Shown here one piece after another: positions 29,250-38,108 of a DNA stretch of 40,058 bases. Both the position numbers and the translations under genes were made by a program. Position 1 is the first letter of the stretch, and the number at the start of each line of letters is the position of its first letter. The stretch lies in sequence record MK685668. One strand, 5' to 3'. Source of the stretch: Shigella phage VB_Ship_A7. The notes under the pieces were generated by a model. The model had not been told where the DNA came from. It did not search any database and saw nothing but the letters and a program-made list of their open reading frames with translations.

Positions 29250-29705
29250 TTAACCCCAATCGCTTGTGACCAGTTCTCCAGTCTTCAGCCAGCGGCTCAA
29301 GTTGAAGGACGGACAGGCTTTAGGTGCAACGTCATGATGAGCTTTAATTTCTGCATCAGGATACATGTCCTTCAGGTCTGCGAGTTTCTCTTTAAGAGAC
29401 TGCATCTGTGCTGGCGTAAAGTTAGCTTCGAACTTACCTTTATCGTCAATGCCACCAACGAGGCACACACCGACTGACTTACTGTTCCAGTCCTTAACGT
29501 GAGACCCAACGACATCGACCGGACGGCCTTCTTCGATTGTCCCATCACGGCGAATAATGAAGTGATAGCCTACATCAAGCCAGCCTTGTTCTTTATGCCA
29601 CTGACGGATTTCACGCAGCCCAACATTCATGGACGCTTTGGTTGCGCTACAGTGGACAAAGATTGCTTCTGTCACAGCGCGTGGTTTGAATTGTACCTTA
29701 CTCAT
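29250..29705 (-). CDS. 3.5: Lysozyme (N-acetylmuramoyl-L-alanine amidase; in T7 also an RNAP inhibitor)
   Basis: 151 aa, same as T7 gp3.5; conserved FVHCSATK, REIRQWHKEQGWLDVGYHFII, HHDVAPKACPSF. Confidence 0.95.
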   Translation of the reverse strand: MSKVQFKPRAVTEAIFVHCSATKASMNVGLREIRQWHKEQGWLDVGYHFIIRRDGTIEEGRPVDVVGSHVKDWNSKSVGVCLVGGIDDKGKFEANFTPAQMQSLKEKLADLKDMYPDAEIKAHHDVAPKACPSFNLSRWLKTGELVTSDWG

Positions 29706-30148
29706 TTCTTCTTTACCTCTTTAAATTTATCGAATGGAACATCCTTAGAAGGCTCTTTCAGCCAATCAACTGGAATTAACTTGTCAGCAAACAGAATGCC
29801 ATGCTTCTCGCACCACTCGCCGTAACTGGTCGGAGACCCTTTGTACAGCTTGGAGCGGCTTGAAGAGAACACGATACGAACATCAAGTTCAGGGTACTGT
29901 TCACGAATCAGCAAGTGTTTCTTGCGGTCCTCACTGTCCCACAGACCTTTGGTTTCCACAAAGATGCCATTAGGTAACAGGAAGTCAGGGCAATAGGTAT
30001 GGTTGCTTGCAGGAATAACATAGGGTACTCGCCAACGCTCATAGTCGAACTTAATGTTCTTCCCTTCGAGTTGCTTGCTTACCTTATCCTCCAAGCCAGA
30101 GCGAAAGGCACCCACACGAGTGCCTCGACCTGCATAACCCTTAGACAT
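29702..30148 (-). CDS. 3: Endonuclease I (Holliday junction resolvase)
   Basis: 148 aa; VGAFRSGLEDKVSKQLE...YVIPASNHTYCPDFLLPNGIFVETKG matches recalled T7 gp3. Confidence 0.95.
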   Translation of the reverse strand: MSKGYAGRGTRVGAFRSGLEDKVSKQLEGKNIKFDYERWRVPYVIPASNHTYCPDFLLPNGIFVETKGLWDSEDRKKHLLIREQYPELDVRIVFSSSRSKLYKGSPTSYGEWCEKHGILFADKLIPVDWLKEPSKDVPFDKFKEVKKK

Positions 30149-30852
30149 TAGAAGTCACCATCTTCGTCTTCATCGTCCTCTTCTTCTTCTGGTTCTTCAT
30201 TCCAGCCAGAGTCGTTTTGTGGCTTGCGGGTCTGTGCTTCATCAGCTTCGTACCCGTCTTCTTCGACTTCATCCGCCCAGTCATCCTCACCACCACCGAA
30301 CTCTACCAGCTTAATCAGCATCACGGAATCCAGTTGCAGCTTAACGGAAGCACCTGCCACAGCAGACCAACCATAAGGGAACAGGGTGTATTTAATCTTC
30401 AGTTCAGAGCCACCGGAGATAGCCGGACGCTCACCACGAATGCGCTTACCTTTGGAGTCCACAATAGCCAAGTCGATTGGTTTGTTCTCACCAGTCTTCT
30501 TGTCAGTGAACGAGCCGTAGCACTTGAAGTTGAACGTAGTGGTTCCATCTTCGTTATCCATGAAAGGCATGTCGCCAACGTATGGCTTCAGCGGTTTCTT
30601 ACCCTTGACAACTTTCGGCGGGTTAGCTTCGTACTCTTCGAGACGTGCAGCATAATCCGTTTCGTGGGCTTCGACAATCTCGTCAATCATTTTCTGACAG
30701 CGAGGGTCGTCGTTGGATACAGTCAGTGACACTTTGTAGACACCACGTTCGTTCTTGAAGTCACCGCTACCGAAGTCTGGTTTAGCAAGATAGCAGTAAG
30801 GTTCAGCAACGCCACGAGCGGAAGTGAATACTTTACGTTTATTGAAAGCCAT
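30148..30852 (-). CDS. 2.5: Single-stranded DNA-binding protein
   Basis: Internal ATG at 30852 with AAGGAGA SD; product starts MAFNKRKVFTSARGVAEPY and has an acidic C-terminal tail ending EDEDGDF, as in T7 gp2.5. Confidence 0.95.
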   Translation of the reverse strand: MAFNKRKVFTSARGVAEPYCYLAKPDFGSGDFKNERGVYKVSLTVSNDDPRCQKMIDEIVEAHETDYAARLEEYEANPPKVVKGKKPLKPYVGDMPFMDNEDGTTTFNFKCYGSFTDKKTGENKPIDLAIVDSKGKRIRGERPAISGGSELKIKYTLFPYGWSAVAGASVKLQLDSVMLIKLVEFGGGEDDWADEVEEDGYEADEAQTRKPQNDSGWNEEPEEEEDDEDEDGDF

Positions 30853-30901
30853 GATGTTTCTCCTTTGAGGTTTCTGAAAGTTAAAAGTGGGAAACGATGT
30901 G

Positions 30902-30924
30902 TCTCCCAATAGTGAGTCCTATTA
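30902..30924 (-). promoter_or_regulatory. T7-type phage promoter (phi2.5 position)
   Basis: Minus strand reads TAATAGGACTCACTATTGGGAGA. Confidence 0.8.
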
Positions 30925-31113
30925 AACCTTTCGGTCTGGACGGATGCGTGTCACTGCGAAGCCAGCCGGGACGTATTGCCACTCAGCTAACTCGTTGGCC
31001 TCTTCAAGAGACACAGCGAACACAGGGACTTCGAACGATTGGCCTTGGCCTTCTACCGTTGCGAAGAACTTCTTGTCACCGTTGACCAGTGACCCTTTGT
31101 TTAAATTACTCAT
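30922..31113 (-). CDS. 2: Host RNA polymerase inhibitor (T7 gp2 homolog)
   Basis: Internal ATG at 31113; 63 aa, [59 protein letters not shown], matching recalled T7 gp2 (64 aa). Confidence 0.85.
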   Translation of the reverse strand: MSNLNKGSLVNGDKKFFATVEGQGQSFEVPVFAVSLEEANELAEWQYVPAGFAVTRIRPDRKV

Positions 31114-31200
31114 AGTCCTCTCCCTTTCCACAGGTTGTACACTTCGAGGTAGTCAGAGTTGCCCGTCTTTTCGAACATACGCTCACACCATTCACTCGGT

Positions 31201-31374
31201 TTAAGCATCGTCATATTCAATCACCTCGTTACGTGAAAGATATACTTCTTCGCCATGCTTGTTCATGATTTTATAGAACTTACCGTCCCATGTTCGCTCT
31301 GCAAAGAATATGTCATGGCGTTTAACTAGTGCCATCATATCATCTTCACCCACATACTCGACCTTAATAATCAT
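31201..31374 (-). CDS. Hypothetical small protein (T7 gene 1.8 position)
   Basis: Internal ATG at 31374 gives 57 aa (MIIKVEYVGEDD...); position only. Confidence 0.4.
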   Translation of the reverse strand: MIIKVEYVGEDDMMALVKRHDIFFAERTWDGKFYKIMNKHGEEVYLSRNEVIEYDDA

Positions 31375-31657
31375 AGCACTTGTCCTTATGTTTCTCGAAC
31401 AGTTCACCATAGAACCCAGCTTTCGCCATGTCCTTCTCTAAGAATGCCAGTTCAGATTTCTTACCAGCACGTAGGCGATACTTCAGGATGTTCCCGTAGC
31501 AGTACCCTTTGAACTGTTCAAGGGTCATCGACCGGGCAATCACTTCGATAGCCTCAATGTCGTCAAACAACATATAGTGGCTAGGAGTCCGAACACCCTC
31601 TATATCTTGTGGTTGTTTGTAGTCTTTCTCCCACGCATCACCGTCTAACAGTCCCAT
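31364..31657 (-). CDS. Hypothetical 97-aa protein (T7 gene 1.7 position; much shorter than T7 gp1.7)
   Basis: ATG at 31657 with AAGGAGG SD; TAATG overlap with the upstream gene; T7 gp1.7 is 196 aa. Confidence 0.5.
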   Translation of the reverse strand: MGLLDGDAWEKDYKQPQDIEGVRTPSHYMLFDDIEAIEVIARSMTLEQFKGYCYGNILKYRLRAGKKSELAFLEKDMAKAGFYGELFEKHKDKCYDY

Positions 31658-31920
31658 TAGAACACCTCCTTGATACGCGCAATGACCAGACGGACTTTAG
31701 GGAAACGGGTGACGAGAACCGGAATGAAAGGCCGGGAGCCAGTGGTCGCTTCTTTATATAAGCCAGTAGTAATTACAGCGTGAACACGAGGTGCTAACTC
31801 AATGGTCGAGCCAAGCACTTTAGGGATGACTGCGTGTTTCTCAGAGGCCAGCACAGTAGAACGGTCAGAGCCACGAGCAGAGAAGATGCCATTAGATTTG
31901 TTGAAGTGAAGTCTTAACAT
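31657..31920 (-). CDS. Hypothetical protein (T7 gene 1.6 position)
   Basis: Second ATG at 31920 lies 8 nt after the GGAGG that is part of the promoter transcript start; 87 aa (T7 gp1.6 is 88 aa). The ORF-track start at 31935 is inside the promoter. Confidence 0.5.
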   Translation of the reverse strand: MLRLHFNKSNGIFSARGSDRSTVLASEKHAVIPKVLGSTIELAPRVHAVITTGLYKEATTGSRPFIPVLVTRFPKVRLVIARIKEVF

Positions 31921-31927
31921 AGTTGTG

Positions 31928-31950
31928 TCCTCCATAGGTGAGTCGTATTA
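31928..31950 (-). promoter_or_regulatory. T7-type promoter variant (phi1.6 position)
   Basis: Minus strand reads TAATACGACTCACCTATGGAGGA. Confidence 0.6.
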
Positions 31951-32028
31951 ACAATCAGGCCAGCAGTTGTCATCAATGATAACGAGAGCAAACGTGGCAA
32001 CAATGATAGCAACAATTAGAAATATCAT
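31948..32028 (-). CDS. Mini-ORF, 25-aa hydrophobic peptide (T7 gene 1.5 position)
   Basis: ATG at 32028 with GGAGGAA SD supplied by the upstream promoter start region; hand translation MIFLIVAIIVATFALVIIDDNCWPDC; T7 gp1.5 is 29 aa. Confidence 0.35.
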   Translation of the reverse strand: MIFLIVAIIVATFALVIIDDNCWPDC

Positions 32029-32036
32029 GAGGTTGT

Positions 32037-32059
32037 TCCTCCATAGTGAGTCATATAGA
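32037..32059 (-). promoter_or_regulatory. Divergent T7-type promoter (phi1.5 position)
   Basis: Minus strand reads CTATATGACTCACTATGGAGGAA. Confidence 0.5.
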
Positions 32060-32064
32060 AACGC

Positions 32065-32095
32065 AAAAAGGCCAGCCCCCTGTTAAGGACTGACC
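32065..32095 (-). terminator. Intrinsic terminator after the ligase gene (T7 early terminator TE position)
   Basis: Minus-strand RNA GGUCAGUCC-UUAACAGG-GGGCUGGCC followed by UUUUU; 9-bp stem with two G-U pairs. Confidence 0.65.
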
Positions 32096-32107
32096 ATTGA
32101 GTTTAAT

Positions 32108-33208
32108 TTACATCTTGACAGTTGGGTCTGACTCGACACCACGGAACATAACGAACGATGGGTGACGCAGAGAACCGTCTGGAGTTTCCTCCATGTAGGC
32201 CACTTGGCAGGCCCAGCCGTCGAACGGGTTGTTCTTGCACAGCCGCTGCATGTCTTCGCCATTGGTTGTGCACCAGTCCCCATAATCATCAAAGTTAGCC
32301 TCTGCGACTTTCTTTGTGAACTCATCCATCAGTGCCTGAGAGATATTGTTAGCGGAGACTACGCGACCTGACTCAAGGAGAACCTCGAAGCCAATCACTT
32401 TACCTTCATTAGCCAGACCCGGAGTACCCCAATTGAGTCCCACGATGACACCATCAGCTTCACACTCAGGCTTCATCTTCCACCAGCCGGACTTTTTGCC
32501 TCGCTTGTAGATGCCCTGTGGGTCTTTCACAATGAGACCCTCGTGTCCTTTGGTGCGCATGGCCTCGTACAGTTCACTCAGTGAATCCATATCGTAGACC
32601 TCGTAGGTCTCAGCGATAAGCCACTCGATTTCCGGGAAGTATTCGACCAGAAGAGAGCGGATAGCTTCCACATGATACGGCATCAGCAGGTTCTGCACAT
32701 CGTAGTCCTCACCGGAGACCATAGAGTCAAACGGCATGACACCATAGAGGATAACCTTGAGTTTCTCAGGCGATAGCATGAATGGGTGATTCTTACGGAT
32801 TCTACCAAACATATCGATAGCGTTTACAAAGTTCTTGTCTGTGTTGAACTCAAGGTTCTCACGCTTAACCCACTTGGTTCTCAGTAAGCCAGACCCTGTG
32901 TTGAAGTCCACGCCTTTGACCATCAGTTCACCATCAAGCATGAAGCCATCCGGGAAGATGCAGCGGTCATCGTTCAGGAGCATCTGCCAGCGCTTGTCGT
33001 ACCCGTTGAGATGTGACAGAGCAGGAATCTCTTTAGCGACACGAGAGAGCCACAGTGAGTCAGCCGTATTGTCAACTACAATGTTACCACGAACGCCATC
33101 ATATTTAACGTCAGCAATCAGGTAGCCAGCTTTGTCAATAGCTTTATTAACGGCAGACTCAACGAATGATACAGCTTTGTATGGGTTAGTCTTGAATGTG
33201 ATTTCCAT
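32108..33208 (-). CDS. 1.3: ATP-dependent DNA ligase
   Basis: 366 aa; adenylation motif KYDGVRG near the N-terminus and C-terminal EETPDGSLRHPSFVMFRG, as in T7 gp1.3 (359 aa). Confidence 0.97.
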   Translation of the reverse strand: MEITFKTNPYKAVSFVESAVNKAIDKAGYLIADVKYDGVRGNIVVDNTADSLWLSRVAKEIPALSHLNGYDKRWQMLLNDDRCIFPDGFMLDGELMVKGVDFNTGSGLLRTKWVKRENLEFNTDKNFVNAIDMFGRIRKNHPFMLSPEKLKVILYGVMPFDSMVSGEDYDVQNLLMPYHVEAIRSLLVEYFPEIEWLIAETYEVYDMDSLSELYEAMRTKGHEGLIVKDPQGIYKRGKKSGWWKMKPECEADGVIVGLNWGTPGLANEGKVIGFEVLLESGRVVSANNISQALMDEFTKKVAEANFDDYGDWCTTNGEDMQRLCKNNPFDGWACQVAYMEETPDGSLRHPSFVMFRGVESDPTVKM

Positions 33209-33247
33209 GATGGAACTCCTATATGTGTGTTATGGTTAATGTTTAAG

Positions 33248-33293
33248 CAAAAGTTAATCACAAAGGCCAACCTTTCGGATGACCTAGAGTTTA
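33248..33293 (-). promoter_or_regulatory. RNase III-type processing hairpin (R1.3 position)
   Basis: AAAGGCC...GACCTAGAGTTTA core shared with the other sites; between the phi1.3 promoter and the ligase gene. Confidence 0.6.
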
Positions 33294-33295
33294 CC

Positions 33296-33318
33296 TCTCG
33301 CAATAGTGAGTCGTATTA
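33296..33318 (-). promoter_or_regulatory. T7-type phage promoter (phi1.3 position)
   Basis: Minus strand reads TAATACGACTCACTATTGCGAGA. Confidence 0.75.
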
Positions 33319-33588
33319 CTTCCAGTGCTTCATATCACTGTGTACCTTACGGAGCCATTCAGTCTGTGCATTACAGCGAACGTCTTCGTCTGACTGTTCG
33401 AAACACTTAGCGGTCAGCATTAAGCCATTCCGTAAGACCACTCGAAGTGTCTCTCCGGCGACCATCCGTCGCTGTGCGAAGTCCTCATAGCGATAAGTCT
33501 CAACGACCACATTTGCATCATGGTCTTCTTTAAGTCGTTCGATAGCGTCTTTGTATGCTATTAAGTTACCACTGTATAAGCGACCCAT
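33316..33588 (-). CDS. 1.2: dGTPase inhibitor-like protein (T7 gp1.2 homolog)
   Basis: 90 aa starting MGRLYSGNLIAYKDA (T7 gp1.2 starts MGRLYSGNL; 85 aa); TAATG overlap with gene 1.1. Confidence 0.8.
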   Translation of the reverse strand: MGRLYSGNLIAYKDAIERLKEDHDANVVVETYRYEDFAQRRMVAGETLRVVLRNGLMLTAKCFEQSDEDVRCNAQTEWLRKVHSDMKHWK

Positions 33589-33737
33589 TAGAGTGCCTCC
33601 TTCCAGTTACGTTTCTCAGAGTTGCCACGCTGTGTCTTGTGACGTTTCTTCATGCGGTCTTTACGTTCCTGCCATTCAGCACCGTGTTCATTGATGATGT
33701 TGTTGCGCTTAGTGGTTGGTTCAAAGTTGGTACGCAT
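33588..33737 (-). CDS. 1.1: Small basic protein (T7 gp1.1-like)
   Basis: Hand translated 49 aa MRTNFEPTTKRNNIINEHGAEWQERKDRMKKRHKTQRGNSEKRNWKEAL; ATG at 33737; below the ORF-track cutoff; T7 gp1.1 is a 42-aa basic protein. Confidence 0.65.
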   Translation of the reverse strand: MRTNFEPTTKRNNIINEHGAEWQERKDRMKKRHKTQRGNSEKRNWKEAL

Positions 33738-33798
33738 AATGTTGTTTCCTCTTAGAGTTAGAACTTAAAGTTATCTTAAAGTGTAGGAAGCCCGTAGG

Positions 33799-33821
33799 CT
33801 CCCCAATAGTGAGTCGTATTA
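33799..33821 (-). promoter_or_regulatory. T7-type phage promoter (phi1.1 position, candidate primary origin promoter)
   Basis: Minus strand reads TAATACGACTCACTATTGGGGAG, directly downstream of the RNAP gene, followed by an AT-rich leader. Confidence 0.75.
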
Positions 33822-33828
33822 GATTTCG

Positions 33829-36480
33829 TTAGGCAAACGCGAAGTCTGACTTGAGGATTTCTTGCAGGTCAAGAGCTCCTTTAGCTGGCATCTCAGGCAT
33901 CTTGTCAAGCTGTGACTCGTGTAACTGGTCAGCGAATTGCTCATAGAAGTCTGCGAGTACATCGTTTTCTTCGTAAGTGTTGACCATCGTTTCACGCACT
34001 GCTTTAAATAGGTTGCCAGCGTCAGCAGGGATAGTACCAAATGAGTCATGAATAAGTGCAAAGGATTCCACACCGTATACCTCATTGGAGCGCACTACAG
34101 TCATTCTCAGGTGGCTGCCGTCCATTGAGTGAACAAAGTTAGGTGCGATGCCTGACTCCTGCTTACGTGCGTCAATTCCGCTATCCTTGTTGGTGTTCAC
34201 GGTAGGCTGCAAACGAATCTGACCTAAGAACATCAGGTTCAAGCGGGTCTGTACTGGCTTCTTGTATTCCTGCCACACAGGGAAGCCATCAGGTGTTACC
34301 CAATGTACCGCGCAGCGCTTGCGGAGAACCTCTTTGGTCTTCTTGTCCTTGACTTCAGCAGCCAGAAGTTTAGCCGCAGACTTCAGCCAGTTCATTGCTT
34401 CAACCGCAGCGACCACAGTCACCGTTACAGCGTTCCAAATCAGTTTAGCCATATAACCAGCCGCTTGGTTCGGTTGAGTGAACATCAATCCCTTGCCATC
34501 GTCGATAGCTGGCTGAATGGTGTCCTCAAGAACTTGGTCACGGAAGCCGTACTCTTTGGAACCATAAGCCAACGTCATGACAGAACGTTTAGTGACCTTG
34601 CGAGTTACACCGTATGCCAGCCACTGACCAGCTAACTCTTTCGTTCCCAGCTTGAGCTTCTCAGTGATTTCACCAGTGTCCTTGTTTGTCACTGTCTCTA
34701 CTTCGTTGTCGGTCCCATTGATAACATCTTGCTTCAGGATTTCGTTAACACGGTCAGCAACAATGCGGTAGATGTCTTGGACTTCCTTGCTCGGCAGTAA
34801 GTTAACAGCGCGACCACCAATTTCATCACGAAGCATTGCGGAGAAGTGCTGAATACCGGAGCAGCTACCATCGAACGCCAGCGGCAGAGAGCAGTTGTAG
34901 TTCATACCGTGGTGTTGCACACCTGCATACTCAAAGCAGAATGCGAGGAAGCAGAACGGAGAGTCTTGTTCAGCCCACCAAGTGTTAGCAATCGGGTCAG
35001 CCGCAACGCTCATGATGTTCTCGTGGTTGTCCTCAATGAACTTGATGCGTTCTGCAAAATCCACCTTGTCCACACCAGCAGTGTTTGCACCATGAATCTT
35101 AAGCCAGTAGTACCCATCAACACCGATTGGTTTACCTTTGGCGAGCATTAACAGACCCTTGGTCATGTCGTTGCCTTGCGGGTTAAACATCGGTACAGCG
35201 TAGACACGACCGCGCCAGTCCATGTTCATCGGGAACCAGATAGCTTTAAACTGTGCGAACTTGTTGGCCTGCCCTAACATGAACTCCATGCTCATACGAC
35301 GAGATACGCGAGCCTTCTCCTTGCGGTATATTGCGGAGGCCGCTTTCTTCCACGCTTTGAGTGCCGCTTCGTTCGTGTCGATGTCTTCAGGTTTGACCGG
35401 AAGTTCACCACGTTCGAGAGCAGGTACATCTTCAACCGGGCAATGCTTCCAGTTCACAATCTCGTTGACCACTGCCAGAACCTTCTTGTTAATCTTCCAA
35501 GGGGTATTCTGTGCGATGTTCACCGCCTTGTAAACTTCAGGCATATGCACGTCGTTGTAACGCTCAAGTCCCTTCTTGGAACCAGTGCGAACCAGAGAGA
35601 GAGGCTTGCGACCAGCAGCCCAATAGCCACCACCAACCGGAGAAGTCCAAGGCTTCGGAGGGACCACACAAGGTTGATACATTGGAGCGATTGCAGCCAG
35701 TGCACCAGCACGTTTAGACAGAAGGTCAACATATTGTTCGGTTAATTGGATGTACTCGCCATCCTTCTCAACGTTACCGGCAAACGGTCGGTGTAACTCA
35801 ACGAGACCAGTAGACCCGATGAGCAGTTCCAACATGCGTACACCAACGTGGATTGATTCTTCAGGTGTCCATGTGGTCCACTTGGTTTGCAGTTGACCAG
35901 CGTCTAACATCTTGCCCTCTACAGCTTGCATGAATGCCTTCTTGTAGACGATACCTACGCGCTTGTTAAGTGCTTCCTGTACGTGATTCTTAAAGTGCTT
36001 CGCTTCTTCGTCACGAATGCGACCGAAACGCAGTTCATCTTCAATGCTGCGACCAATCTTAGTTGCGACCGCTTGCAGGTTGGTGTATTCCTCTTTGGTT
36101 AAACAAGCCAGTGTGACCTTCAGTGTGATGAAAGCAGCCGCTTCAGGTGCAACCTTCTGTACCAGATTATAGGCCACTGGACGCTTACCGCGCTTAGATT
36201 CCACTTCGGTGAACCATGTGTTCCACGCCTCGATAAACTTCGGTGCGAGGGATGACAGGAGAGGTTTAGCCACTGCGTTGTCACCGAACTCACCCGCTTT
36301 GATTTGACGCTCCATTGCCTTAAGGAAACGCTTCTCGCCCTCAGTGTGCGCTTCGTGTTCTAACTCAAGCTGCGTAGCTGCAAGCTGTGCGCCATAATGG
36401 TCAGCCAGAATGTTGTACGGCTGGATTGCGTTAGCGATGTCAGAGAAGTCATTCTTTGGTGCGTTGATTACGTTAGTCAT
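33829..36480 (-). CDS. 1: Single-subunit DNA-dependent RNA polymerase
   Basis: 883 aa, same as T7 RNAP; long conserved stretches (RMSMEFMLGQANKFA, WFPMNMDWRGRVYAVPMFNPQGNDMTKGLL, ends LKSDFAFA); specificity-loop region LQPTVNTNKDSGIDARKQESGIAPNFVHS is T7-like. Confidence 0.98.
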   Translation of the reverse strand: MTNVINAPKNDFSDIANAIQPYNILADHYGAQLAATQLELEHEAHTEGEKRFLKAMERQIKAGEFGDNAVAKPLLSSLAPKFIEAWNTWFTEVESKRGKRPVAYNLVQKVAPEAAAFITLKVTLACLTKEEYTNLQAVATKIGRSIEDELRFGRIRDEEAKHFKNHVQEALNKRVGIVYKKAFMQAVEGKMLDAGQLQTKWTTWTPEESIHVGVRMLELLIGSTGLVELHRPFAGNVEKDGEYIQLTEQYVDLLSKRAGALAAIAPMYQPCVVPPKPWTSPVGGGYWAAGRKPLSLVRTGSKKGLERYNDVHMPEVYKAVNIAQNTPWKINKKVLAVVNEIVNWKHCPVEDVPALERGELPVKPEDIDTNEAALKAWKKAASAIYRKEKARVSRRMSMEFMLGQANKFAQFKAIWFPMNMDWRGRVYAVPMFNPQGNDMTKGLLMLAKGKPIGVDGYYWLKIHGANTAGVDKVDFAERIKFIEDNHENIMSVAADPIANTWWAEQDSPFCFLAFCFEYAGVQHHGMNYNCSLPLAFDGSCSGIQHFSAMLRDEIGGRAVNLLPSKEVQDIYRIVADRVNEILKQDVINGTDNEVETVTNKDTGEITEKLKLGTKELAGQWLAYGVTRKVTKRSVMTLAYGSKEYGFRDQVLEDTIQPAIDDGKGLMFTQPNQAAGYMAKLIWNAVTVTVVAAVEAMNWLKSAAKLLAAEVKDKKTKEVLRKRCAVHWVTPDGFPVWQEYKKPVQTRLNLMFLGQIRLQPTVNTNKDSGIDARKQESGIAPNFVHSMDGSHLRMTVVRSNEVYGVESFALIHDSFGTIPADAGNLFKAVRETMVNTYEENDVLADFYEQFADQLHESQLDKMPEMPAKGALDLQEILKSDFAFA

Positions 36481-36504
36481 TGTTGCCTCACGTTGTTAAG
36501 AAAG

Positions 36505-36546
36505 TTTATCTATAAAGGCCAGCAGTCAGTGCCGACCTTGAAGATA
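36505..36546 (-). promoter_or_regulatory. RNase III-type processing hairpin (R1 position)
   Basis: AAAGGCCAGCAGTCAGTGCCGACCTTGAAGATA core; between the kinase gene and the RNAP gene. Confidence 0.6.
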
Positions 36547-36553
36547 CACCTTA

Positions 36554-37651
36554 TCAGCCCATCAGTTGAGCGTCAAGTACCTTGTCGATATTCAGAGGGA
36601 GACCCGCTTGGATTGCTAGGCGGTCCCCTAGTTGCCACTTGAGGCCTTTCACTTGTTCAATCTTGCGTGCCGCTGTGGGACCATTGCGGAACCAGAAGTT
36701 ATCCCATGCAGACCCCATGAGCATTTCGGCGCGGCGTTCGTTTCTATCAATGGCCCTGCGTTCGATGCGACCTTTAACAAACTGTGCCATACCTTTGACG
36801 TGTAACTTACGGTTGCGCTTACGGTTACGCTTGCGGCGTTTCATGTTGGCTTTCTTGTTCATCCAGTAAGTGCCATTAGGGTCACGCTTGGCCTTTCGGT
36901 TGCGACAGCGTTCAATGATGCGCTCGTTAGCTATCGCCTCTACCTCAGCAATCAGTGCTTCAGGGTCCAGAGGAAAACCGTCCTCACGTTCACGGTCATG
37001 TGAGAAGCTGACTGGGTCAGTGATGTACGGAACATCGTTATCGTCGAACATAATGTTCCCGCTGTGCATGTCGAAGGATGCAATCCCTTTGAAGAATTCA
37101 CGAATCATCTTGCACGTTTCGATGAACTCGTAGTCACCCGGTGCAAAGTCACTTGCGTCATGGCAATCCGACTCCACAAAGTAACGTGCGAGGTCAGCGT
37201 ATACCTCATGGTCGTAATTATCGCGGTCACAACTGTTCAAGTGGTCAAGTACAACCGTGTAGCAACCTGCATGACGTGCTACGTGATAGACGTTCGGGAT
37301 ACCCGCTCGGCCTTGGTGCATCCTACAGAATGCAGTGTATGCTGCGCCTGAATCCTCTTTCTTAAAGCCAACCTTGATGACTCGACCCGGTAACAGTTCA
37401 TGCGAGTAGGCCGCGCTGAAGTGACCATTGCCTAACATGCGGAATCCTGCATCACGCATCAGTGCGCCCAAGGTGTTCCACCAGTCCTGATACTCCAAGC
37501 CGTTCGAGCCATCTGTATCGTTTCCGTCACTAGTCTCACCGTTCACGATGTCAGCAGCCAGTTCGACCAAAAGAGGCTGGCGCTTGTCCAGTTCGCTAAT
37601 CGGAAGAGACTTGATGATTGCCAGACGTGCCTGAATGTCGGTATAGTTCAT
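36554..37651 (-). CDS. 0.7: Ser/Thr protein kinase with host transcription shutoff domain (T7 gp0.7 homolog)
   Basis: 365 aa; MLGNGHFSAAYSH...RVIKVGFKKEDSGAAYTAFCRM...FDMHSGNIMF...VPYITDPVSFS matches recalled T7 gp0.7 (359 aa); basic C-terminal half. Confidence 0.95.
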   Translation of the reverse strand: MNYTDIQARLAIIKSLPISELDKRQPLLVELAADIVNGETSDGNDTDGSNGLEYQDWWNTLGALMRDAGFRMLGNGHFSAAYSHELLPGRVIKVGFKKEDSGAAYTAFCRMHQGRAGIPNVYHVARHAGCYTVVLDHLNSCDRDNYDHEVYADLARYFVESDCHDASDFAPGDYEFIETCKMIREFFKGIASFDMHSGNIMFDDNDVPYITDPVSFSHDREREDGFPLDPEALIAEVEAIANERIIERCRNRKAKRDPNGTYWMNKKANMKRRKRNRKRNRKLHVKGMAQFVKGRIERRAIDRNERRAEMLMGSAWDNFWFRNGPTAARKIEQVKGLKWQLGDRLAIQAGLPLNIDKVLDAQLMG

Positions 37652-37672
37652 TAGATTGTGTCCTATTTAAGT

Positions 37673-37891
37673 TTAAGAAAGAGCGTTCAATGTATTGGTT
37701 AATGCTTGTTCGAGTGCTGCGAGCTTCTGTGCTTTGACCTTGGCCTTTCGTCTATGCCATGCAGCCCGCTCCTGTTCCTTGCGTCGTTCGAGGTTGTTCT
37801 CACGCCAAGTTCTCACGATACGCCTGTTTGCTGCATTGAGTGTACCATTAGACCTATAGCCTTTCTTTAAGTCATCAGTGCGTTCTGTCAT
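37673..37891 (-). CDS. Hypothetical basic 72-aa early protein (possible 0.6B-type extension or separate gene)
   Basis: ATG at 37891 without a clear SD; overlaps the 3' end of the upstream small ORF by 17 nt in another frame; R/K-rich. Confidence 0.35.
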   Translation of the reverse strand: MTERTDDLKKGYRSNGTLNAANRRIVRTWRENNLERRKEQERAAWHRRKAKVKAQKLAALEQALTNTLNALS

Positions 37892-38084
37892 AGCTGGAAC
37901 CTATCTTGTTAATCTTACGGTTGGTGCGCAGTTCACGCTTAAGGCGTTCGATTCGTTGTTTCATTGCGAAGCCATCAGGTGTGCAAACTGTAGCGCCGTT
38001 ATTGGTGTGGATAGGCATGACGTAGTGTTTCAGCATGATCGTAATCCCGTGCGTTGTTTTAAAGTGATAATCATGAAAGGCCAC
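37875..38084 (-). CDS. Small early protein (T7/T3 gene 0.6 position)
   Basis: ORF-track start is GTG inside the RNase III hairpin; an in-frame ATG at 38036 would give 53 aa (MLKHYVMPIHT...). Start is uncertain. Confidence 0.45.
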   Translation of the reverse strand: MAFHDYHFKTTHGITIMLKHYVMPIHTNNGATVCTPDGFAMKQRIERLKRELRTNRKINKIGSSYDRTH

Positions 38085-38108
38085 TCATATTGAGCGACCT
38101 TGAGTTTA
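38064..38108 (-). promoter_or_regulatory. RNase III-type processing hairpin
   Basis: AAAGGCCACTCATATTGAGCGACCTTGAGTTTA core. Confidence 0.6.

Noticed and set aside
32065-32095. A seventh RNase III-type site after the ligase gene
   Set aside because: It has the GGCC...GACC core, but on the RNA it forms a 9-bp stem followed directly by UUUUU, so I called it the early intrinsic terminator. A dual role is not excluded.
32083-32325. 80-aa minus-strand ORF inside the ligase gene
   Set aside because: Alternative frame within a well-supported gene; no independent start signals.
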